Both the position numbers and the translations under genes were made by a program. From NCBI GenBank assembly GCA_050747885.1, contig JBOGJO010000034.1, forward strand, positions 69-64,068: a stretch of DNA of 64,000 nucleotides, given 5' to 3'. Origin of the DNA: Thermoanaerobaculia bacterium (GTDB lineage: Bacteria; Acidobacteriota; Thermoanaerobaculia; UBA5066; DATFVB01). Shown here one piece after another: positions 48,588 through 57,835 of this stretch (the stretch's first letter is position 1; every line of letters begins with the position of its first letter). The notes beneath the pieces are model-generated. The model was not told where the DNA came from and made no database searches. It was given only the letters and a program-made list of their open reading frames with translations.

Positions 48588-49517
48588 TTACGGCTCTTCG
48601 GACTGAGGCGGCTGTCCCCGCGAGGCCGCCAGAAGCGCTTTCGTCAGTGCTTCCGGCTCATCCGCTGCAACGAGAAGACGCGAGAAGGGTCGCTGCCATG
48701 CGGGGAAGAGCCCGTCTCCGCGTACCGGCTCGCGCGTATCGATTTCCACGATGCCGCTGCCCGTGAGCGTCATGAGGAGCGCTCCCCGCGCATACAATTT
48801 CAGCTCTCGCCGGGTGTCGAAGGGCCTGACGACTCGGGCAGTCTTCAGGAGCGCGGGAGAGAACACGACCCGGTTGAGCGCGCCGCGCTGGAGGTCGACG
48901 GACGTCGGCGAAATGCGATGCGGACGGCGCTGCGCCGTCTCGACGAGGCCGAGAATCCAGAATAAGCCGTAGACGTCGAGGGCCGTGATGGCCCGGTGAA
49001 GAAACCAGAGTCGGCGCGGAATGACCGCTGCGAGAAGCAGCACGTCGGCGGGAACCGTGAAGACGAAGAGCACCGGCAGAAATCGGATGTAGGCGTCGCG
49101 GACGTATCCGAACCCTTCCGAGTGTCGCCGGTACGGCGGAAAGAGAATCCGGAAGCCAAGGCCGATCATCACGAATTCCAGCGCGAGCGCTCGCGCGACC
49201 GGCTGCGGAACAAACGCGGACAGGGCTCTCTCGATTCGTCTCTCCGGCAGGTCACCTTTGACAGTTCGGCGACGATAAATCGCCAAACCGCCCCAGACGA
49301 CAAGCGGAATTTCGATCGCCGCGGCCATGGGCGCAAGAGTGCGGCGTGTCGCCCGCCCGGAGAGAAGAACGACGAGCTCGCAGAGAATGACCGCTGGAAG
49401 AATCAGTCGAGTCGCGGGCAAATCGCCACGCGCCGCGCGCACGGCATCGACGAGGACTCGCACGAGGAGCAGGGCCATCAGGATGAAAAGGGCGACGTGC
49501 TCCCAGGAAAGTGTCAC
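48588..49517 (-). CDS. Hypothetical polytopic membrane protein
   Basis: 309 aa with at least 6 hydrophobic helices. No family recognised. Confidence 0.5.
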   Translation of the reverse strand: MTLSWEHVALFILMALLLVRVLVDAVRAARGDLPATRLILPAVILCELVVLLSGRATRRTLAPMAAAIEIPLVVWGGLAIYRRRTVKGDLPERRIERALSAFVPQPVARALALEFVMIGLGFRILFPPYRRHSEGFGYVRDAYIRFLPVLFVFTVPADVLLLAAVIPRRLWFLHRAITALDVYGLFWILGLVETAQRRPHRISPTSVDLQRGALNRVVFSPALLKTARVVRPFDTRRELKLYARGALLMTLTGSGIVEIDTREPVRGDGLFPAWQRPFSRLLVAADEPEALTKALLAASRGQPPQSEEP

Positions 49518-49698
49518 GCCGAAGGTCCTCTCGTCACGTTCACGGCCCGGTGCTAAACCTCTCGCGGGGCAGAGGGCGTCGAGCGAAGGAAGGACGGCTC
49601 ATGCGGACAGGTGAATCGGTGGAGCATGGATCTCGCGGAACGACCGGCGGTCGCCCCGCGCGGCCCCGGCGGTCGCGCGAGACGAGCCTGGCCGTGAG

Positions 49699-50130
49699 TT
49701 ATGGCACGATGATGATTCCGGGATCCTTGACCACCGAGCAGTTGCTTCCGCCTTTGTCGCAAAGTGAAGCCGTGTAGTCGTACAGCTTGCCGCTGCCCGC
49801 GGCACCGGTCGGCAAGCCCGAATTGCACTGCTGGTGAGTCCCGCTGCAGTCCTTGATGTTCTTGAACGCGTCGGGATCGGCGAAAACGATCTTGACGTTG
49901 GGCATGTTCGGGTCGATCGACCTCCACATCACGGTGTTGCCGTTCTGCTTGGATATGTAAGCGAGCTTGCAGCTCACCTGTGCGCCCACGTCGATTTTGT
50001 GATCCTGGGGGTCGGTGTTGCAGGGCGTCTTCCAGTCGGAGGTCTTCGCCGCCGCCATTGCGGACAGCGGGAACGCCGCCAGAGCGGCTGCGAAGACAGC
50101 CGAGCGGAACATCGTGCGATTCGGGTCCAT
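49699..50130 (-). CDS. Small secreted Cys-rich protein (hypothetical)
   Basis: ATG at 50130 with an AAGGAGGAG Shine-Dalgarno sequence. Signal peptide MDPNRTMFRSAVFAAALAAFPLSAMA. 8 Cys. A diverged copy of its 3' end lies at 48331-48433. Confidence 0.6.
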   Translation of the reverse strand: MDPNRTMFRSAVFAAALAAFPLSAMAAAKTSDWKTPCNTDPQDHKIDVGAQVSCKLAYISKQNGNTVMWRSIDPNMPNVKIVFADPDAFKNIKDCSGTHQQCNSGLPTGAAGSGKLYDYTASLCDKGGSNCSVVKDPGIIIVP

Positions 50131-50144
50131 GGCTCCTCCTTTTC

Positions 50145-52796
50145 TCAATGGGGCTCTTCCTTCCCCCTCGTCAGGGCGATCGCGAACCTCTTGTCGGCCC
50201 GGAGGCCGGCAAATTCCGGGTCTTTTTCCACGAGCGCCGGGGGGTATCCTGATTGTACCGCCTTGCCGAGCTCGTCGAAGGCCGCCGGAAGGTCGTGGGC
50301 GATCACGTAAACCACGGAAGCCTGGTAATCGACGTCGGGGTCGCCGCGCCCGGCCTGCGAGGCCCGCCGGATTTCCGCGAGAGCCTCGGTCGGTTTGCCG
50401 GTTTTTGCGAGCGAACTGGCGAGGATCGAGCGGACGAGCCCGTCGCCCGGGTTGCGCTCGAGCTCCTTGCGGCACAGTTCGAGAGCGCGTGAATAGGCCC
50501 GCCGGGAGCCCTCCTGCCGCCCCGGTGTCCAGCGGAGGGCGTCTCCCAGGTTCGACCAGACCCGGTAGAGGTCGGGCGTGAGCTTCGTGGCTTCCTCGAA
50601 AGCGGCCGCCGACTGGGCGTAGTTCCCGAGAAAGAACTCGACGGTCCCGATGTTGGACTGGGCGAAGCCCGTGGGCTGAAGCGCCAGGGAGCGCCGGAAC
50701 GCTGCGAGAGCCTTCTCGAGATCGTTGGCGAGGAAGTACGCCCCGCCGAGGTTGGAGAGGGCCATCGCGTTGTCCGGCGTCAGCTCGGTCACGCGGCGGA
50801 ACGCCGCGGCGGCCTCTTCATATCGGCCCCGGGCGTAGTAGAACCCCGCGAGCTTGCTGTAACCGCCCCAGTACGTGGGCTGGAGATTGAGCGCCTCCCG
50901 GAACGCCTTTTCCGCGTCCGCGTCCCTGCCGGCGGCTCCCAGGGCTCGCGCCAACCCGAGCCTCGCCTCGAAGCTCGTCGGCGACGCGGCGAGCGCCTGT
51001 TGAAACGCCTCGACCGCGCCCGCGGCGCCCCCGGAATGGAGCCGGAGCTCGCCCAGCGTGATGTCCACTTCGATCAGCGACGGCCCCAGCTCGCGCGCGC
51101 GCCGCGCGGCGGTTTCCGCCTTCGAGGTATCTCCGGAATCGTGCGTCAGGTCGAAATGCTCGAGATATGCCCGGGCGAGCGAGGCAAACACGTAAGGCGA
51201 TCGCGGCGCCTCCTGCGACAGGGTTTCCAGGATGGCCGTGGCATTTTCGACCGACTCGCGGGTGTTGTAGTGCTGGAGAAGGCCGACCGCCTTCAAGTAG
51301 CGTTCCTGGTCCGTCCCGGAGGGCAGGCCCGACGCGGCGGAGACCCGTCGAACGGCCGGAATCGATTCCGCTTCGCTCACCTTCGCAACGAGGCGGTCCT
51401 GAAGCTCGAACAGGTCGGACGCGGAGCCGTCGAGCGTGCCGCCCGAGAGCTCCGCTCTCTTGCGCACGTCCCACAGCGAATACGTGATCCGCACCCGATC
51501 CCGGCTTCTCTGCACGGCGCCCTGGAGGAGCTGCGACGCGCCGAGGTCGCGGGCTGCGTTGAGCGGATCCGGCTCCTTCGCGGAAGCGGCAATGACCGCC
51601 GCGGGCGACACGACCTGGAGCCCGGTCGACCCCCCGATGGCCGAAGACACCGTCTCGACGAGGCCCTCGCCGAGAAGTTTTCCGTCCGGCGCGCTCGAGA
51701 GGTCGCGAAACGGCAAAATCGCCAGCAGCCTCGCGGGAGGGATCGCGGAGGCCGTCGGGGGCGCGGGCGAGGAGGCCGGCGGCTCCGCCTTTCGACGCGG
51801 GCGAAGAGTGATCACCAGCGCCGCCCCGGCGACCAGCGCCGCCGCCGCGCCGGCGGCGATCTTCGCGGATTTGGATAAGCGCCGCGGCGCCGGCAGGGGA
51901 ATCACGCTCCGGGACGTCGGACGGCGCGGGTCGATCTCCAGAAGCAGCTCTTCGATCGCGAGGCGCGCGTCGCCGATGTCGCGCAACCGCTGCGCGGGAT
52001 CTTTTTGAAGGCAGCGCGCGAGCATTTCGCGCAGAGCGGGAGGCGTTTCGGGGGGAAGCAAATCCCATTCCGGCTCCGACCGAAGGATCGCGGCAAAAGC
52101 GTCCGGCACGGAGTCTCCCGTGAAGGCGCGACGTCCCGAGAGACACTCGAAAACGATGCACCCGAAGGCCCAGATGTCGGTGCGCTTGTCGATGGCCTTG
52201 CCCCGGGCCTGTTCGGGGCTCATGAATTCGATCGTGCCGAGAATCACGCCGGGGCGAGTTTCGTCGAGGGCCGCCGTTGTTTCGCGGGAGAGGCCGCCCA
52301 CGACTTCCGAACGAAGGCCTCCCGCGATCTTGGCCAGGCCGAGGTCGAGGATCTTCGCGCGGCCGTCGGGCGTGACCATGACGTTGGCGGGCTTGAGATC
52401 GCGGTGAACGATTCCGCGCTCGTGGGCCGCTTCGAGGGCCTCGGCGATCTGGCGGGCGATCCGCAGGGTCTCCCGCATCGACAGCGGGCCGCGGAGATGG
52501 TCGGAGAGAGTCTTTCCCTCGACGAGCTCGAGGATGAGGTATCTCTGATCGCCGGCCTCTTCGGCGCCGTAGATGGCGGCGATGCCGGGATGGTTGACGG
52601 AAGCCAGGAGGCGGGCCTCCCGTTCGAAGCGGGAAATCCGCGACGCGTCGCGGCCGGACGACTCGGGGAGCACCTTGATGGCCACCTCGCGCCCGAGTTT
52701 CGTGTCGATCGCCCGGTAAACCTCGCCCATGCCTCCGGCCCCGAGAAGGTTTCGGATCTCGTAGGAGCCGAGTCGGGTGCCTGGTTCTAGTTCCAC
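50145..52796 (-). CDS. Ser/Thr protein kinase with TM segment and C-terminal TPR repeats
   Basis: …LGAGGMGEVYRA…AIK…, HRDLKPANVMV, DLGLAK. Mid-protein TM. Multiple TPR-like repeats in the C-terminal half. Confidence 0.85.
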   Translation of the reverse strand: MELEPGTRLGSYEIRNLLGAGGMGEVYRAIDTKLGREVAIKVLPESSGRDASRISRFEREARLLASVNHPGIAAIYGAEEAGDQRYLILELVEGKTLSDHLRGPLSMRETLRIARQIAEALEAAHERGIVHRDLKPANVMVTPDGRAKILDLGLAKIAGGLRSEVVGGLSRETTAALDETRPGVILGTIEFMSPEQARGKAIDKRTDIWAFGCIVFECLSGRRAFTGDSVPDAFAAILRSEPEWDLLPPETPPALREMLARCLQKDPAQRLRDIGDARLAIEELLLEIDPRRPTSRSVIPLPAPRRLSKSAKIAAGAAAALVAGAALVITLRPRRKAEPPASSPAPPTASAIPPARLLAILPFRDLSSAPDGKLLGEGLVETVSSAIGGSTGLQVVSPAAVIAASAKEPDPLNAARDLGASQLLQGAVQRSRDRVRITYSLWDVRKRAELSGGTLDGSASDLFELQDRLVAKVSEAESIPAVRRVSAASGLPSGTDQERYLKAVGLLQHYNTRESVENATAILETLSQEAPRSPYVFASLARAYLEHFDLTHDSGDTSKAETAARRARELGPSLIEVDITLGELRLHSGGAAGAVEAFQQALAASPTSFEARLGLARALGAAGRDADAEKAFREALNLQPTYWGGYSKLAGFYYARGRYEEAAAAFRRVTELTPDNAMALSNLGGAYFLANDLEKALAAFRRSLALQPTGFAQSNIGTVEFFLGNYAQSAAAFEEATKLTPDLYRVWSNLGDALRWTPGRQEGSRRAYSRALELCRKELERNPGDGLVRSILASSLAKTGKPTEALAEIRRASQAGRGDPDVDYQASVVYVIAHDLPAAFDELGKAVQSGYPPALVEKDPEFAGLRADKRFAIALTRGKEEPH

Positions 52797-52856
52797 GGAA
52801 TCCTTGGCCGCAATTCTAGCTCGGGCGCACGCGCAGGTCCGCGTTCCCGAAGCAGC

Positions 52857-53570
52857 TCACCAGATCCGGGTGTGGGGGAAAACTCCCCAGCTTGCCAGCC
52901 CCCGGGCGATGAGCAGGAGGCCGAGGAGACCGAACGCGGCCGCCGCAAAACGGCGCAGGCGCAGGAACGCGCCGGCGGCGCGGCCCGAAATCGCGAGGAG
53001 GAGGATGGCGGGAATCGTTCCCGCGCCGAAGACGAGCATCGTGAGCGCGCCCCCGAAGGCCGTCGCGGAGGCCGCGGCGCGGCTGGCGGCGGCGTAGACC
53101 ATGGAGCAGGGCAGGAGCCCCTGGACGACGCCGAGCAGGAGCGCGGCCGCGTAGGGGGGGGCCTGAAACGCCTCGCGGGCGCCGGCTCGCGCCAGCCGAT
53201 CGATGCCGACCGCCGCGATCAGGCGTTCCGGCCCCGGAAGGAGCCCTCCCGTCGAAAGGGCGAAGAGCAGGGCGAAGGACCCGGCCAGGATCGACACGGC
53301 TCCCGCGACACCCGCGCGAACGCTTGCGGCTTCGCCGATTTGTCCCAGCGCCCCGGCGATGGCGCCGATCGCCGTGTACATGGCGATCCGCCCGCCCAGA
53401 AACAGACTCCGAAGGACCGCGCGCGTTCCCGCCCCGCCATGGCCGAGCCGAGCGGAGCAAATCGCGACGTACGGACCGCACATTCCGACGCAGTGGGAGC
53501 TTCCGAGGAGCGAGGCGAGAAAGAGCAGCGACAGGTCTCCCGGGGGAAGGGCGTGGTGGTGCATGGGCAC
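52857..53570 (-). CDS. DsbD_2 / TauE-SafE-like membrane protein with HCxxMCGP motif (cbb3 oxidase-associated)
   Basis: MPMHHHALPP… then …SSHCVGMCGPYVA…. 6 TM. Positioned immediately after ccoS. Confidence 0.6.
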   Translation of the reverse strand: MPMHHHALPPGDLSLLFLASLLGSSHCVGMCGPYVAICSARLGHGGAGTRAVLRSLFLGGRIAMYTAIGAIAGALGQIGEAASVRAGVAGAVSILAGSFALLFALSTGGLLPGPERLIAAVGIDRLARAGAREAFQAPPYAAALLLGVVQGLLPCSMVYAAASRAAASATAFGGALTMLVFGAGTIPAILLLAISGRAAGAFLRLRRFAAAAFGLLGLLLIARGLASWGVFPHTRIW

Positions 53571-53577
53571 CGGGGGT

Positions 53578-53747
53578 CACGTCTTTGCGGGCGGACTCGC
53601 CTCGTCGCCTTTCGGCAGGGAAACGATCTGATACTTGATCTTCTCGACGTCTCGAAACTGTCCCGTTCGGATCGCCCAGAGGAAGACGCACCACGCCGCC
53701 AGTCCCATCAGGAACGCCATCAGGAAGAGATACAGGGTGATGTCCAT
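53578..53747 (-). CDS. ccoS: cbb3-type cytochrome oxidase maturation protein CcoS
   Basis: Manually translated 56 aa: MDITLYLFLMAFLMGLAAWCVFLWAIRTGQFRDVEKIKYQIV…. CcoS-like (W.VK.GQ(F/Y)DD). Not in the ORF track (too short). TAG-G-ATG coupling to ccoO. Confidence 0.65.
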
Positions 53748-53748
53748 C

Positions 53749-55479
53749 CTAAGGCGCTCCGGCCGACGACGGGCCGGGGAAACCGGCGGTCGTGGGCACC
53801 GGCGGCGGGCTCGGGGACCGCGCGAGGGAGAGGGCGTAGTAAACGAGGGCCCAGCGCCTTTCCTCGGCGACCGCGTTCTTTTCGAGGTCGCTCATCTTCG
53901 AGAGAACGTCGGAGGTGGGAAGTGTTGCGACGTAGGTCTGGATCTCCTGGATCTCCGGATCCGAAAATGCCGGCTTTCCGCCGATGAGCTGCCGGTAAGG
54001 ACCCATGTCGGTGTAGGCCTCTTTCGGATACAGGATCGAGTCGTAGAAAGAAGGCATCGGGGTGCCGTTGAGCCCCGTGTTGAAGGTCCGGTACACGTCC
54101 TGCGGAGAGTTGCCGAACTTGAAGTTTCCAGTCGTGAAGTCGAAAGGACGAATCGGGACTTCCCAATCGTCGGCGAGGGCGGCGGCCGACGGTCCGTCCC
54201 CCTTGCCGGTCATTCCGTGGCAGCTCCAGCATTGGAGAACCCGGAAGACCATTCGGCCTTCGTTCAGCACGGCGGCCGGCGCTTCTTTGGGAGACGGGTA
54301 CGGCGGCACCGGAATCGTGATCGACGGGGGCACGGGCTCGGTTTTGAAGCGGTCCGAGAACGTCTTCACGTAATCGACCAGGTCCCAGCGGTCCTGCTCC
54401 GGCAGGAAATGTCCGTCCTGCATGTTGCCCCAGGCCGGCATGATCTGGCCCTTCCGGACGCCCCGGGTGATCGTGCGGAAGATGTCCTCGTCGCGGGGAA
54501 GCGCCCCCGACGGCGTCGTACGGCTCTTGAACACGCCGAAGGTGAAGTTTCGAGGTTGGGGGTTGAGAAAATGGTACGCGTCGTTGAAGTTCGTGGAGGA
54601 GTTTGCATCGGCGGTGAGCCGCCCGTTTCCGTAAGCCCCGTGGCACCCGACGCACTTCTTTTCGAAGATCGCCTTTCCGCGCGACACGCGCAGGTCGAGG
54701 GCCTCGGTCGGAGTCGGCCGCGAGTTCGTCGGCCACGGCTCCCAGATCCGCCAGTCGCCGATCGCGGTGCCGATCTTCTGAAGATACGCTTCGACGGCGA
54801 TCATCTCGCCCGTCGGGCGCGGCCCGTAGTCGTGCATGTCGATGATGCCGTCGCCCCGGGTTCCGTCTGCGTTGAGCGGCCAGACATCGAGGTCTTTCCA
54901 GTTCGGGGGGAGCTCGTCCGGAGTTACGCTTCCGTCGCCGTTCTTGTCGAGCTCGGTCTTGGTCACCCGGCCGTCGTGGTTCTTGTCGTTCTTCGCGATG
55001 AATTCGCGGACCACTTTGTCACGGGCCGGATCGTCCGCGTAGAGCCATTGAAACGACGGCATGATCGATTCGGGCTCGACGGCGCGGGGGTTCCAGTGGT
55101 GCGCGTAATGCCATTCGTCGGACCGGCGATTGCCCTCGCGCGAGAGCTCGGGGCCGATGCGCCTCGTGCCGAACATCTGGGGAAGGTCGTATGCGATTTC
55201 ACCGGCCTGAGAGACGGGTCCCCACTTGTCGGTGTCGCGGTTGACCGGCCGGATGTACTGAGAGTGGCAGTACCAGCAGCCCTCACGGATGTAAACCTTC
55301 CGGCCCGACTCCTCGAGAGCCGTCCGGTGGGGCGAAGGAATCGTGGTTCCCTCGATGGTGCGGACGATGCCGGGGCGGGTCGTTTTCTTCTCGAGCCACG
55401 GCAGGACGCCCTGGCTGGTCATCGCGAGCGCGTAGAACCCGACGGCGGCGATGAGGATGATCGGCTCGATGCGTTTCAT
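53749..55479 (-). CDS. ccoO: Fusion of the cbb3 oxidase mono-heme subunit CcoO with a diheme cytochrome c (CcoP-like), with two internal EF-hand-like Ca-binding loops
   Basis: CcoO part …CWYCHSQYIRP…MPSF…. Linker DKNHDGRVTKTE and DKNGDGSVTPDE. Two further heme motifs CVGCHGAYGNG and CWSCHGMTGKG. Paralogous to the protein at 57064-57825. Confidence 0.8.
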   Translation of the reverse strand: MKRIEPIILIAAVGFYALAMTSQGVLPWLEKKTTRPGIVRTIEGTTIPSPHRTALEESGRKVYIREGCWYCHSQYIRPVNRDTDKWGPVSQAGEIAYDLPQMFGTRRIGPELSREGNRRSDEWHYAHHWNPRAVEPESIMPSFQWLYADDPARDKVVREFIAKNDKNHDGRVTKTELDKNGDGSVTPDELPPNWKDLDVWPLNADGTRGDGIIDMHDYGPRPTGEMIAVEAYLQKIGTAIGDWRIWEPWPTNSRPTPTEALDLRVSRGKAIFEKKCVGCHGAYGNGRLTADANSSTNFNDAYHFLNPQPRNFTFGVFKSRTTPSGALPRDEDIFRTITRGVRKGQIMPAWGNMQDGHFLPEQDRWDLVDYVKTFSDRFKTEPVPPSITIPVPPYPSPKEAPAAVLNEGRMVFRVLQCWSCHGMTGKGDGPSAAALADDWEVPIRPFDFTTGNFKFGNSPQDVYRTFNTGLNGTPMPSFYDSILYPKEAYTDMGPYRQLIGGKPAFSDPEIQEIQTYVATLPTSDVLSKMSDLEKNAVAEERRWALVYYALSLARSPSPPPVPTTAGFPGPSSAGAP

Positions 55480-55482
55480 GGC

Positions 55483-56886
55483 TCAGCTCCACTGCGGTTC
55501 GGGCGCGGCGGCGGCCGAACGGGACAACGCCGGCCCGGAAACGGCGGTCTTGTAGAAGTTCCACATCCCGAGGATCGCGCCGATGTCCATCGTCACCCCC
55601 GCGAGCGTTCGTGTGAACCAGTACGGCTTCATGGCGACCATGGAGTCCACGAAATCCGCGCCGGTCTGGAGCATCTCGCCCTGCATCAGTCCTTGCAGGG
55701 TGAGAACTCCCGCCATCACGGAAAAGCCGCCGATGGTGAGCCAGTAGTGCCATTGAGCGAGCTTTCGGGAATAGAGCTCCCGGCCGGACAACCTCGGGAT
55801 CACGTAATAAAGGCCCGCCGTGATCCAGAGAATGAACGTGCCGAACACCGTGAGGTGGGAGTGCGCGATGACGAAGTCGGTGAAATGCGTCAGCCGCTGA
55901 ACTTCCCGAAGCGCCTCGGTGGAGCCCTGGAAGCAGCCGAGCAGGTAAAAGAGCGCGCCGACGATCAGGAATTTAGCCGTGTACGATTCCTGGAACCGCT
56001 TCCAGTTTCCGACCATCGTTCCGTAGAAATTCTGGATCACCGTCCAGACCGGAATGATGAGCATCATGGAAGCGACGATCGCGATCGTCTGGGTCCAGTA
56101 CGGGATCGGGCTGTAGATGTAATGGTGGGTCCCGACGAAAGGGTAGAAGAACGCGAGCGACCAGAATCCGATGAGCGAGAGGCGGTGGCTGTACAGCGGC
56201 TGACGCGCGGCAAGCGGAAGAAAATAGTAGATCACCGCGAGTCCGGCCGGAGTGATCCAGAGCCCCACGACGTAGTGGATGTAGAGACCGTGCATCGCGG
56301 CGTTGTTCACGCCCGCGAAGTGGAACGGCAGCAGGAAATGCCCGAACGCGTAATTGAACGTCGTCCAGACGAAGGCGGCCGTGAGGTACCAGAGGGTCAC
56401 GTAGATCAGTTTTTCCTTCCGGTGGATGATCGTCATGATGATCTGGATCGTGATCAGCAGGAAAACGAGCTCGACGAGGATGTTGGCCCAGGTGGGAAAT
56501 TCGCCCGCTTCGATTCCAAGGTTCGAGCCGAGCGGCAGTGAAATCAGAGCCGCCGTAAAGCCCAAATTCCAGACCCAGAAGATCGCTCGGCTCCAGTTTT
56601 CCTTGTACATCCTCACGCCGCACAGGCGCGGAACCATGTAATACGTCAGGCCGAAGATCGTCGTCGTGAACGCCCCGAAAACGACGCCCATGACGTGGAC
56701 CGGCCGGAGCCGGCCCCACGTCAGCCAGGAAATGCCCCCGAGGAAGTCATAGAAGTTGAACTTGATCGAGAGGATGACGCCGATCGTGGGCGCGAAGACG
56801 AGCCAGAAAGCGCCCGACAGGAGGAACTGGAGAACGACCGTCCGATCGACGAGGTCGTCCGCTGGACGTTCCGCGATGCTGCTCAT
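55483..56886 (-). CDS. ccoN: cbb3-type cytochrome c oxidase subunit I
   Basis: 467 aa. 12 TM. Heme-copper oxidase His ligands (…FVIAHSHLTVFG…, …VGTHHYIY…). AGAGGAGGA Shine-Dalgarno sequence. Confidence 0.9.
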   Translation of the reverse strand: MSSIAERPADDLVDRTVVLQFLLSGAFWLVFAPTIGVILSIKFNFYDFLGGISWLTWGRLRPVHVMGVVFGAFTTTIFGLTYYMVPRLCGVRMYKENWSRAIFWVWNLGFTAALISLPLGSNLGIEAGEFPTWANILVELVFLLITIQIIMTIIHRKEKLIYVTLWYLTAAFVWTTFNYAFGHFLLPFHFAGVNNAAMHGLYIHYVVGLWITPAGLAVIYYFLPLAARQPLYSHRLSLIGFWSLAFFYPFVGTHHYIYSPIPYWTQTIAIVASMMLIIPVWTVIQNFYGTMVGNWKRFQESYTAKFLIVGALFYLLGCFQGSTEALREVQRLTHFTDFVIAHSHLTVFGTFILWITAGLYYVIPRLSGRELYSRKLAQWHYWLTIGGFSVMAGVLTLQGLMQGEMLQTGADFVDSMVAMKPYWFTRTLAGVTMDIGAILGMWNFYKTAVSGPALSRSAAAAPEPQWS

Positions 56887-56898
56887 GCCGATCCTCCT

Positions 56899-57054
56899 CT
56901 AGGGTCGCCAGAATCGAATCAGGTAGTAGACCATCCAGAACCCCAGGGCCGTGAACACGGCGATCAACCATCCCGGGATGATGCCGTGGCGCTCTTCGAT
57001 CCCCGTGAATTCGTAACGGTTGATTTCGTCGGGGCCGTGCTTTTCGGTGTCCAT
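56899..57054 (-). CDS. Small single-TM protein (CcoQ/FixQ-like cbb3 subunit)
   Basis: Manually translated 51 aa: MDTEKHGPDEINRYEFTGIEERHGIIPGWLIAVFTALGFWMVYYLIRFWRP. Lies immediately upstream of ccoN. Confidence 0.5.
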   Translation of the reverse strand: MDTEKHGPDEINRYEFTGIEERHGIIPGWLIAVFTALGFWMVYYLIRFWRP

Positions 57055-57063
57055 GCCGGACTC

Positions 57064-57825
57064 CTAGGGGCCCTGTTCCGGCGTCCGCCGCGGGCCCGGC
57101 GGGCCGAGGCTCAGGACGTAGTGCGCAAGGTCCCAGGCTTCATCCTTGTTGATCGAGTCGGCGTACGACGGCATCGGAGTGCCCGACAGGCCGGTGATGA
57201 AGACGCGGTAGATGTCGGCCGCGGTGTCGCCGCACTTGATGTGTCCCTCGGTGAGGTTGTAGGGCACGATCGGATTGCCCCAATCGTCCTTGAGCTCGTG
57301 GGCGGACGGACCGTCGCCCTGCCCCTTGTCGCCATGGCACTGGACGCACTGATACTTCACAAACAGCGCGCGGCCGCGTTGGATGGACTCGGGATTGTCG
57401 GCGGGCTCGGCAGGAATCGTGATCGAGGGCTGCGGTTTTTCCTTCGTCCACCGATCGGAAAACGTCTTGATGTAGGAGATCACGTCCATGCGCGCGCGGT
57501 GGCCGATGGCGAACCACGTGGGCATGGCCGTGCCGTAGAGGCCGCCTTTGAGCGTCTTTTCGAGGTCCGCGTCGGTCGGCAGCGAGCCCGAGGGAGTCGA
57601 GCGCCATTTGAACGTTCCCTCCCGGTAGTCGCGCGGTTTCGGCGTGATCCACTCGGCGTACTCGCCCTGGCCGTTGCCCGCGTCGCCGTGGCAGGACAGG
57701 CAGTAGCGCTCGTAGACGAGTTTTCCGCGGGCAGGGCTTCCGGGCTCCTCCGCCCGGAGGGCGAGAGCCCCCGTCAGAAGGGCCCCGATCCCCAGAACAG
57801 CGATTCTTTGAACGAAGCGGTTCAT
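57064..57825 (-). CDS. Periplasmic diheme c-type cytochrome (Cyc1/CcoP-like)
   Basis: Signal peptide. CLSCHGDAGNG and CVQCHGDKGQG. GAGGAGG Shine-Dalgarno sequence. Confidence 0.8.
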   Translation of the reverse strand: MNRFVQRIAVLGIGALLTGALALRAEEPGSPARGKLVYERYCLSCHGDAGNGQGEYAEWITPKPRDYREGTFKWRSTPSGSLPTDADLEKTLKGGLYGTAMPTWFAIGHRARMDVISYIKTFSDRWTKEKPQPSITIPAEPADNPESIQRGRALFVKYQCVQCHGDKGQGDGPSAHELKDDWGNPIVPYNLTEGHIKCGDTAADIYRVFITGLSGTPMPSYADSINKDEAWDLAHYVLSLGPPGPRRTPEQGP

Positions 57826-57835
57826 CGGTACCTCC

